DNA of 63,768 nt, counting the filler, from Candidatus Delongbacteria bacterium (GTDB lineage: Bacteria > UBA4055): the NCBI GenBank assembly GCA_016937995.1. It is 5 parts of 5 records of this genome, joined end to end, with 100 filler letters (N's around TTAATTAATTAA, not from the genome) between each part and the next. Parts side by side here need not be neighbours in the genome. Positions count along the whole stretch, not along the records: positions 31,855 to 57,274 come from JAFGVM010000082.1; 4 more parts are not named here. One strand, written 5' to 3'. Of this stretch, positions 39,377-47,311 are shown piece by piece (positions within the stretch are counted from its first letter, which is position 1; each line of letters starts with the position of its first letter). Below the pieces are notes generated by a model. It did not search any database. It was given only the letters and a program-made list of their open reading frames with translations, and was not told the DNA's origin. The translations under genes were made by a program, and so were the position numbers.

Positions 39377-40600
39377 TTGGAACCACACAACTTACTTCTT
39401 TACATGGGCATTTTATTCCTGATATCAACAGGTAATAAGATACTTTCCAAAAAGATAAATATCCCAGAAGTTACCGGTTATGTAATTATCGGAGTGCTTT
39501 GCGGTCAGTCTGTTCTAAATGTATTTAATGATGACATAATAGAGAGTTTAAAATATCTGTCGTCAATTGCTTTGGGGATCATAGCATTTACTATCGGAGT
39601 TGAACTCAGATTCAATGTTTTGAAAAAGATAGGAAAATCTATTTTTCTCATCGTGATATTCGAAGGATTCGCGGCATTTTTTCTTGTATTTTTCTCAGTA
39701 AAATATCTGCTTCATCAGGAGACGTTCGTTGCTCTTTTACTGGCTGCTGTTTCTGCAGCAACTGCACCTGCAGCAACTGTAGCTGTTATCAAACAGTATA
39801 AGGCCAAAGGACAACTTACATCAGCTATACTTGCAGTTGTAGGTATAGATGATGCTCTTGCTTTAATTATCTATGTTTTCGCTGCAAGCTTTTCAAGATC
39901 TCTGATAATGGGTTCTGAAATGCATATTTTAAGCACTGTATTATTATCCGTGCTGTCAGTGTTATTTGCCGTAGTGACAGGAATTATCGCTGCTGTACTG
40001 TTTATGTCACTTTTAAGAAAGATCAGAAATGATGAAGTAATCAAAATGGCTTTAGCAGCATTTATATTCCTTCTACTCGGTATAAGTGAGTATTTCCATT
40101 TTTCTGAGCTTTTATCAATTATGACATTCGGTGCCGTACTTACTAACCTTTCCCCTGTGATAGCAAGAAAAAGTGAGGGTATCATTGAGTTCTTTACACC
40201 AATCTTTTTAGCTATATTCTTCATCATAGGCGGTGCACATTTAGATGTTATGTCCATTAAAAAGATCGGATTGATAGGAGTTGTTTACTTCTTCGCCAGA
40301 GGTATCGGTAAGATAGGTGGAGGTACTTTAGGAGCAGCATTAGGTAAAGCACCTGCCAATATTAGAAAATATATCGGCTTTGCTCTTCTGCCTCAAGTTG
40401 GTGTAGCGCTTGCGTTGGCATTATCTATAAATAAAGATTTTAATCAGCCTGAATTCGGTGATAAAGGTAAAGAAGTAGCTGTACTTGTTATAAATATATT
40501 ACTTTTCACAACTATAATCACAGAGATAGTAGGTCCAATATTAACCAAGAAAGTTCTTATGAAATCCGGTGAGATCGTAAGTAATGGCAGGGAGGATTAA
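39377..40600 (+). CDS. Cation:proton antiporter (CPA2-like), copy 1
   Basis: IP.VTGY..IG, IG.EL, ATAPAAT, GIDDA, ARGIGKIGG, LLPQVGVA; about 12-13 TM; TTG start. Confidence 0.9.
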   Translation: MEPHNLLLYMGILFLISTGNKILSKKINIPEVTGYVIIGVLCGQSVLNVFNDDIIESLKYLSSIALGIIAFTIGVELRFNVLKKIGKSIFLIVIFEGFAAFFLVFFSVKYLLHQETFVALLLAAVSAATAPAATVAVIKQYKAKGQLTSAILAVVGIDDALALIIYVFAASFSRSLIMGSEMHILSTVLLSVLSVLFAVVTGIIAAVLFMSLLRKIRNDEVIKMALAAFIFLLLGISEYFHFSELLSIMTFGAVLTNLSPVIARKSEGIIEFFTPIFLAIFFIIGGAHLDVMSIKKIGLIGVVYFFARGIGKIGGGTLGAALGKAPANIRKYIGFALLPQVGVALALALSINKDFNQPEFGDKGKEVAVLVINILLFTTIITEIVGPILTKKVLMKSGEIVSNGRED

Positions 40601-40602
40601 TT

Positions 40603-40938
40603 ATGTATTTTATGTTCATGAAAATAATTGATGTAAATTATAAGGACGATATTTTTCTTGCTCTTGAGAGTGTTGAAATAACAAAGGCATCTTATATTGA
40701 AGCCAGGAATCTCGAAAAATCACTCACTGATGACCTTCCTCTGTTCAAAGGATTTTTTACTACTGATGAAGAAAAAGAAAAGCAGGTTATCATTGTTACA
40801 GCTCTGGTTGAAAGAACTGAGCAGATAGATGAATTTGTAAGTATTCTTGAAGCATCAGGACTAAATGTAAGAGAAGAAGAGATCTTCAGGCTGGCTCTTA
40901 TGCCTGTGACCATGACCTTTGATCCAACAAAGGATTAG
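40603..40938 (+). CDS. Small PII-like (GlnB-fold candidate) protein
   Basis: 111 aa with a beta-alpha-beta pattern; aligns with the C-terminal domain of 46220-47023 (S.IE..N..K....PLF..F); GGAGGA SD. Confidence 0.7.
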   Translation: MYFMFMKIIDVNYKDDIFLALESVEITKASYIEARNLEKSLTDDLPLFKGFFTTDEEKEKQVIIVTALVERTEQIDEFVSILEASGLNVREEEIFRLALMPVTMTFDPTKD

Positions 40939-41435
40939 AGTCTCAAAAACAGCTTTGCACACCCACGCGCATCAGATAAAGCATCATGATGATCCAAATG
41001 AATTCCATACCTGTAGCATAAACTGTTCAATCTGGCAGGTTTACATCCTAAAGCCCTGTATATTTTCATCGTACATTCCCAGCGATCTGCTATTCCCAGC
41101 TCAGAATAGTCTAATCCATAATGTTCCATTGTATACTTTAATACATTACGGTCGAAAGATTCATTGTGAGCAACAACTACCCTATTGTAAAGCCTTTTCT
41201 TTATCTCATGGTATATTTTGTCGAAGGAAGGAGCATCTTCCGTATCTTCCTCGTAAATGCCGTGTACATTAGTGTTGTGCCAGTTGTATTCATTGTATGG
41301 TGGTCGGATCAATGCTGAGTATTCTTCTACTATCACACCGTTCTCAACAGTTACAATACCCACAGAGCAAATCGAATTTCTCTTTGAAGTTGCTGTTTCA
41401 AAATCTATAGCTGTAAAAGTGTTGTTATCTCGCAT
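40935..41435 (-). CDS. DEDDh 3'-5' exonuclease (DnaQ-like, stand-alone)
   Basis: IDFET, AHNESFD, HHDALSDA. Confidence 0.92.
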   Translation of the reverse strand: MRDNNTFTAIDFETATSKRNSICSVGIVTVENGVIVEEYSALIRPPYNEYNWHNTNVHGIYEEDTEDAPSFDKIYHEIKKRLYNRVVVAHNESFDRNVLKYTMEHYGLDYSELGIADRWECTMKIYRALGCKPARLNSLCYRYGIHLDHHDALSDARGCAKLFLRL

Positions 41436-41583
41436 TTAAAGCTCTATTTAATTCTCTGATTTTCTCAGTAGAATATTTAAAATCTAAAGGCTTCGATCTT
41501 ACTTGAGAATTCAGTTCTTTTAACTTTTGGAGTTTAATCCAATTTCGAATAATATTTTTCTGTATTTTATCAGTTCTTTTCAT
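41425..41583 (-). CDS. Putative 52-aa basic protein missing from the ORF track (MKRTDKIQKNIIRNW...LNAR)
   Basis: Open for 52 codons, overlaps the exonuclease start by 11 nt, preceded by TTGACT-N17-CATATT-N6-ATG. Confidence 0.5.
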   Translation of the reverse strand: MKRTDKIQKNIIRNWIKLQKLKELNSQVRSKPLDFKYSTEKIRELNRALNAR

Positions 41584-41790
41584 AAATGTAATATGCTATT
41601 ATCTATCCTAGAAGTCAATAATAACAAATCTAAATTCCATTCATATCTTCAGAATAGTTTTGCGACCATTTTAATGGATTATTTCTCATATAATCTCTAA
41701 CATTATTCAATTCTTTATCACTTCGTATTATACGATCATAAAAACGAGTATGCCATTGGAATGGAATATTGTTGATTGTTGAATATTTTT

Positions 41791-42924
41791 TTAATAAGAA
41801 TATACTTTTAAATACTGATCTTTTCTGTTTATATAATAAAGCCTGTCTCTCTTTAAAATTATCTGCTCATCATAATTCACAAAATCATATCCCGGACAGA
41901 TATCAAGTTTGATCTGCTGTAAGAATACTCCGTCTTTGAATAGATCAACAAGGTAATCAGTTTTGTTGGTCTCATCCCTTTTTATTGCAGATATTACCCA
42001 TAATCTTTCATACTTATCATATCCCATCTGAATAATAGCACTTTTAAACTTCGATTTGTTATTACTAAAATACCATCTATTATTGTATTCTTTTTCAAAA
42101 ATAATTAATTCCTCTTCGCTGAAAGGGATCTTCGCGTAATTCTTCATGATAGAATAAATGTGATTAGCTTCATGATCATAAACATTTATTTTATACTTGG
42201 AATCACTTTTTTCAGCAAAATATATCAGACTGTCAGATGTTGCATAAGCGGATAAGAACATGTCAAAGAAATTATATTTTTCTCTGTTAAATAGTATCTG
42301 TTTTTGAGCTACTTCTTTATAATTTGTAAAATTACTATTTTTAATTGTAAGATTGTAACTCATGTAAACTTCTTCACCTTCTTCTTTGTAATACACCTGA
42401 TAACCGATTATTTTATCATCAGTCAATGCCTGATATCTTTCAAAAGGTCCTGGTTCATTGACTCTGTTTTTATAAAGATAATTACCGTCAGCATCAAATT
42501 TCAGCATATCCTGTACTATATAATCATCAACAATAACGGTATCTTTCAAAACCATCATCCACCCCGTCATCTCAACTTCACCCGGGCCCTTTCCCCTGCC
42601 TCCGAAACTTTTTATGTAATTTCCATTACTGTCGAACTTTTTCAATGTATTGTTACTCATATCAGAAATGTAAATATTGTTATTAATATCAACATCAAAA
42701 TCGTTAAATCTTTTAATTATTCTTGTTGAGTCTGTTGTTGAATTATCTTCACAATTTATCGTAAATAATTCAACTGGTTTTATCACGATATCCTTTGTAG
42801 ATGGAATATTCTTATTTCTGTAGGTCTTCACACCGTTGATCACTTCAATAGTGTAGTTTTTCTCCTGAACAGTACATGACAACAGACTGAATAACACCGA
42901 GATGATCATAAAATGTTTTAACAT
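41791..42924 (-). CDS. Lipoprotein with 6-bladed beta-propeller (NHL-like)
   Basis: ATG 42924 with AGGAG SD, lipobox LLSC, KFD.NG.YIKSFGGRGKGPGE. Confidence 0.85.
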   Translation of the reverse strand: MLKHFMIISVLFSLLSCTVQEKNYTIEVINGVKTYRNKNIPSTKDIVIKPVELFTINCEDNSTTDSTRIIKRFNDFDVDINNNIYISDMSNNTLKKFDSNGNYIKSFGGRGKGPGEVEMTGWMMVLKDTVIVDDYIVQDMLKFDADGNYLYKNRVNEPGPFERYQALTDDKIIGYQVYYKEEGEEVYMSYNLTIKNSNFTNYKEVAQKQILFNREKYNFFDMFLSAYATSDSLIYFAEKSDSKYKINVYDHEANHIYSIMKNYAKIPFSEEELIIFEKEYNNRWYFSNNKSKFKSAIIQMGYDKYERLWVISAIKRDETNKTDYLVDLFKDGVFLQQIKLDICPGYDFVNYDEQIILKRDRLYYINRKDQYLKVYSY

Positions 42925-43069
42925 GGTTTTGCTCCTGTGTGAATTTGAGATTGAAAACAATCTATAGTTATTTATTTTATAAGTCAATGCAAATATTTAG
43001 TGGAATATTGAAAAACAAAAACATATCTTATTGCTAGATTAGTTATTGTTTAAAAAAAGGAGAATTTAA

Positions 43070-43822
43070 ATGCAATTATTTAATCCAATTATGTTAGGTA
43101 TCTTTTTTCTTTTAGTTCTATTTTTTATTTTGGACTTATACCATTTTATAATATTAAACAAGAAGATAAAAGACAAAAATGTGACATCAGATTTGCATAT
43201 TGATAAATATCATGAGTTAAAATGGAGAATTAACACTTTACTCACTGTCGCTACAGTTATTGGAATTATACTTGGTTATACAGGATTTGATATTCAGAAA
43301 AAACTTACTGAAACTTTTTTAGATTATGATAATAAAATTGCAAAATTAGATTCATTAATTGAATCTTCTCAAAAAAAGTTATCCTCTATCAATTCTATTA
43401 GTTTAAATTTAGAATCAAAATATTCAAAATTATCCGAAATACCTAAAAAAATTGAAAATGATATACAGAATGTAAAAACTGATATCAAAAAAGTACAAGA
43501 TGAAAATTTAAGAAGATCACAAATTTATGTAGTTACGAGCATTCCAATAACAATTGGGAAAAAAGATAATGAGGAACAAAAAATTTACTATAAGGATTTA
43601 AATACAAACACAAACAATAAATTACCTAGTTTTAATAAACCTCCAATTATACAAATTCTCATAAATGAAAAAGAGACAGAGAATATTTCAATCATAAAAA
43701 ATACAGTTGATTATTTTATAATAACATATAACTATTTGTCCGCTATCACTGATGAAAACAATATAATTGGAAAAGAAAAACCAAAAACTGGAACATTTGA
43801 TATTTGGATTTCAAATCAGTAG
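43070..43822 (+). CDS. Very AT-rich hypothetical protein, 2 TM plus coiled coil
   Basis: AGGAG SD, two hydrophobic helices, heptad region. Confidence 0.75.
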   Translation: MQLFNPIMLGIFFLLVLFFILDLYHFIILNKKIKDKNVTSDLHIDKYHELKWRINTLLTVATVIGIILGYTGFDIQKKLTETFLDYDNKIAKLDSLIESSQKKLSSINSISLNLESKYSKLSEIPKKIENDIQNVKTDIKKVQDENLRRSQIYVVTSIPITIGKKDNEEQKIYYKDLNTNTNNKLPSFNKPPIIQILINEKETENISIIKNTVDYFIITYNYLSAITDENNIIGKEKPKTGTFDIWISNQ

Positions 43823-43834
43823 CTATTCATAAAA

Positions 43835-43994
43835 AGATCCTGTAATCAAATCCAAGATGACTATTCAAAAGTGGGATTCCTTCCTCTCTTCCCTGCTTCC
43901 TGTAAATATTTTTTTTTGTTTAATTCGTTTTGGGGACGAAAAGAAATCGTCCCCTACGGTAAATTGTAAATTGTAAATTAACCATTGTCAATTG
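43835..43994 (-). repeat. Composite repeat cluster: GTCATC hairpin, GGAAG heptamers, GTAG-REP, TAAATTG heptamers
   Basis: 43835-43861 reads GTCATCTTGGATTTGATTACAGGATCT on minus; 43932-43957 GGGGACGA-N7-TCGTCCCC-TAC; 43960-43994 five TAAATTG-like units. Confidence 0.75.
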
Positions 43995-44928
43995 ATTGCT
44001 TTTCAAGCAATCGTGTCGCTGCTTCCAGATCGATCCGCTTATCACTTTTATAAATATTCATATCATCAACAAGCTTATCTTTTAATAGTTCTACAACAAT
44101 TTTCTGCTTGAACACTGATCCGTGAAGTACCACATAGGAAGCTTCATTTTTTATAAGCTTCGAACAATTTCTGACTAAATACTCAAGCTTGTCAACACCT
44201 TTATGAATTGCTTTTTCTGCAAAAGGACATCCTTCTTTGTAGGCATCAAAAAGAAGTTTCGATGCTGAAGCTACCAGATTCTTACCTTGTTCTTTGTAGA
44301 TAAGGTCATAAAGTTCTTCAGGTTCTTTGATACTGAATTTATTGAAGACCATCTCCTCAATAACAGATTTTTCTTCATGATGAAATCTGGAATTTAAGGC
44401 TAGTTTGATCGCCTGTTTCCCGAACCACTGGCCTGAACCCCCATCATCTATCATATGCCCAAATCCGCCAGTCTTATAAACATTCCCATTTGTATCCTTT
44501 CCAAAACAAATACTTCCTGTACCCGAAATAAGTAAAAGACCCGGTTTATTCGGAAAATAAACATTTAATGCAAGAAGTGCATCTGAACCGAATTCAAGGT
44601 CTTTAACAGTAATATTTTGACCTATGGTTGCCCTTGTGATTACATCTATAAATCTTTGTTCAGCATTTGATCTAGTGGATATACCTGCAAAACCGGCAGA
44701 AATATGAAGCTCATATTTTGCTGTAATATTTTTCTTTAGAAGAGAAACCAGTTTTTTTAAAAGTTTAAACAGATTATCCTCGAACTCAGTTCCGTTCAGA
44801 AGATTTGAGGGACCACACGTTTCAGAAAATATTAGATCATTTGTTTTACTTAAAACTGAAATATTGGTCTTAGTACCACCACCGTCAATTCCTACGAATA
44901 GCTCAGTTGGGGTGCTGTCAATATTCAT
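43978..44928 (-). CDS. BadF/BadG/BcrA/BcrD-type sugar kinase (GlcNAc/MurNAc kinase-like)
   Basis: GIDGGGTKT, GFAG, SDA, ISGTGS, GGFGHMIDDGGSG; start uncertain (44928 or 44958). Confidence 0.88.
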   Translation of the reverse strand: MNIDSTPTELFVGIDGGGTKTNISVLSKTNDLIFSETCGPSNLLNGTEFEDNLFKLLKKLVSLLKKNITAKYELHISAGFAGISTRSNAEQRFIDVITRATIGQNITVKDLEFGSDALLALNVYFPNKPGLLLISGTGSICFGKDTNGNVYKTGGFGHMIDDGGSGQWFGKQAIKLALNSRFHHEEKSVIEEMVFNKFSIKEPEELYDLIYKEQGKNLVASASKLLFDAYKEGCPFAEKAIHKGVDKLEYLVRNCSKLIKNEASYVVLHGSVFKQKIVVELLKDKLVDDMNIYKSDKRIDLEAATRLLEKQSIDNG

Positions 44929-44935
44929 TGCAAAA

Positions 44936-46207
44936 TCATTCCTGGGCATTGATCTCACCTGCCTTTGTCAAAGCTATCTTAGTTAAAATAGGTCCGATTA
45001 TCTCAAAGAATATACATGTAGCTGTAACAGTTGTGATCACTACTGATCCAAGCTGATCTCCTGAAGTGATATTTACACCGTCCACTGTATTTACAACTTT
45101 GCCCAGACCTGCGAATTCATACTTTACGATCAATGCCAGACCGATAGCGACTCCTGCCTGGGAAAGAATTCCGAGACCTACCCATTTCTTTATTTTATCC
45201 TCAACATGACCGAACATGGCACCTATCCTTGATCCTCCCACAAGACCAACAGACCTTGCAATGATATATAAGACACCGAGTAAACCCAGTGAAGGCAGTG
45301 CAGAAACGTGAAGATTAGCACCTGCGAGTGTAAAGAACATTATGAACAATAAAGGCATGAAAAGTATCATTCTTTCATGGAATTTCTGTACTATATAATG
45401 AGGTTGTGTATTAACGATCACCATACCAAGTATCATGTTTGTCAAGATTATTGACAAATGAAATAACTCACTCAGACCACAGGCTATAAATGAAAAACCG
45501 AATATCAAAATTACAAGACCACCCTCTTTTTTGACCCCTCTTGCAAGTAATGAAATAATTACCGCCAGTACTGCACCAATTAATAAACTGAGGAAAACTT
45601 CTTTGAGAGGGAACATCATAGCAGCAAGCATATTCCCTGAAGTGTCTCCGGTTTCAGTCATCAGAAAATATTTTGCCATTGCAGCTGCAAATCCAAAGAT
45701 AATTATACCAAGTCCATCATCAAATCCAACGATCGCATATAATGCTTTAGTCAAAGTTCCTTTAGCTTTGTATTCATGGATTACTGCAACAGTTCCGGCA
45801 GGAGCACTGGCAGGTGCTATTGAACCGAATATCAAAGCCATGGCAATATCATCAGTGAAAAGATATACGACTATAAAAACAACAATGAAAGCTGAAAAAG
45901 ATTCTGCTAATATAATATAAATAATACCTTTACCCAGTTTTTTTAGGATCGAAAATTTCAACTCAAGTCCGATACTTAGAGCAACAAAGCTTAATGCTAT
46001 ATCTGTGATGAATGAAAGGTCCTGTTGTATATCATCATGCATAATATCAAATAATGACGGTCCCAGCAAAACACCGAAGATCATGTATCCGATAAGGGAC
46101 GGAAGTTTCATGTATTTCATATTATTACCAATATAAAAACCCACAATAATGACCGTTCCAAGGATCAGCAATATTGGTATAGATGTTAGTTCTTTTATTT
46201 CATGCAT
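44936..46207 (-). CDS. Cation:proton antiporter (CPA2-like), copy 2
   Basis: LPSLIGY, IGLEL, ASAPAGT, GFDDG, ILSQAGVA; paralog of 39377-40600. Confidence 0.9.
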   Translation of the reverse strand: MHEIKELTSIPILLILGTVIIVGFYIGNNMKYMKLPSLIGYMIFGVLLGPSLFDIMHDDIQQDLSFITDIALSFVALSIGLELKFSILKKLGKGIIYIILAESFSAFIVVFIVVYLFTDDIAMALIFGSIAPASAPAGTVAVIHEYKAKGTLTKALYAIVGFDDGLGIIIFGFAAAMAKYFLMTETGDTSGNMLAAMMFPLKEVFLSLLIGAVLAVIISLLARGVKKEGGLVILIFGFSFIACGLSELFHLSIILTNMILGMVIVNTQPHYIVQKFHERMILFMPLLFIMFFTLAGANLHVSALPSLGLLGVLYIIARSVGLVGGSRIGAMFGHVEDKIKKWVGLGILSQAGVAIGLALIVKYEFAGLGKVVNTVDGVNITSGDQLGSVVITTVTATCIFFEIIGPILTKIALTKAGEINAQE

Positions 46208-46219
46208 GAGCAGAATTTC

Positions 46220-47023
46220 CTATACGTTCAAATTTCCGTTGATATAATCAATAGTCTGCATATAGACCATTACTCCCGTTCTCTCAGGAAGTTTATCAAT
46301 GATATTGTTTATCTTTCTCAAAATATCATTTGTGTTTGTCTTTGGTAACACAGTGGTGATTATTCTCTGGAAACCCTGTGATTCATCACCCCAGAACTTG
46401 GCGAATAAAGGCATAGCGTGAATATATTTGCCTGCGTTATTTCCTTCAATAACTGAGATATCACATTCACTTACTTCAGTGATAATGCCCATTATCTCAT
46501 CAAATTTTTCTTCAAGCTGACAATATATGTGAAGCAGGTTGAATTCTTTACTTTCTTTTTTATTCGTTGCAGACGGTAATGAATATCTTAAAAAACTTTC
46601 CAGGACCGCAGTCGGAGTTTTTTCAGAAAGCATTTCATTAACAGCCTGTTCCTGCTTTAAGATGCCTGATATCGCTGACAAGAATCTGATATGATGATTT
46701 CTCTTCTTTTCAGGAGCTATGATAAATACAAAAACTTTTGTCGGTTCTTTATCAAGTGAATCAAAATCAATACCGTTTAGCACAATGATTATACCTACAA
46801 TAAATTCGTCTATATTGTCTAAAGCACAATGAGGTATTGCTATTCCGTTACCAAATCCGGTAGATCCCAGATCTTCCCTGTCTTTAAGCTTTTTAAATAC
46901 GTTTTTCTGCTCTGAAGGATCAGTAGCTGCAAGTGATGCAATTTCATTTAAAACACCGTCTTTATCGATGTTCTCTTTTATTATTTTGATGTTCTTTTCA
47001 AACAAAAAATCCGAGAGATCCAT
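46220..47023 (-). CDS. PTS EIIA (Fru/Ntr type) fused to a C-terminal PII-like domain
   Basis: RE..GSTGFGNGIAIPH; the extra ~110 aa are homologous by eye to 40603-40938; ATG 47023 with AAGGGG SD. Confidence 0.88.
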   Translation of the reverse strand: MDLSDFLFEKNIKIIKENIDKDGVLNEIASLAATDPSEQKNVFKKLKDREDLGSTGFGNGIAIPHCALDNIDEFIVGIIIVLNGIDFDSLDKEPTKVFVFIIAPEKKRNHHIRFLSAISGILKQEQAVNEMLSEKTPTAVLESFLRYSLPSATNKKESKEFNLLHIYCQLEEKFDEIMGIITEVSECDISVIEGNNAGKYIHAMPLFAKFWGDESQGFQRIITTVLPKTNTNDILRKINNIIDKLPERTGVMVYMQTIDYINGNLNV

Positions 47024-47115
47024 ATTGTTCCCCTTTAGTATTAAAAAATTCAATTAGGAATGTAATGTTATAAAATATATTGTCAAGGTGTTTTTTGATT
47101 TGAAAAATGGGATTC

Positions 47116-47254
47116 GTAGGGGCGTTATTTATAACGCCCAACCAATCAAAAAATATTACAGGAAGGTGGGAAGATAAAGAAGATTTATTGTTCTTTGCAA
47201 GGGGTTGAAACCCCTTGTTCATATGTATCGTTACCCTGAATTTATTTCAGGGTC
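47116..47254 (+). repeat. Composite repeat cluster: GTAG-REP, GGAAG heptamers, two further hairpins
   Basis: GTAG-GGGCGTTAT-TT-ATAACGCCC; ACAGGAAGGTGGGAAG; CAAGGGGTT-GA-AACCCCTTG; GTTACCCTGAA-TTTAT-TTCAGGGTC. Confidence 0.75.
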
Positions 47255-47261
47255 AAAAAAG

Positions 47262-47288
47262 TAAGGGAGCAAATATTTTGCTCCCTTA
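47262..47288 (-). terminator. Terminator-like hairpin after the LVIVD gene
   Basis: TAAGGGAGCAAA-TAT-TTTGCTCCCTTA followed by U-tract on minus strand. Confidence 0.75.
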
Positions 47289-47311
47289 TTACCCTCTAAT
47301 ATAGTATCAAA

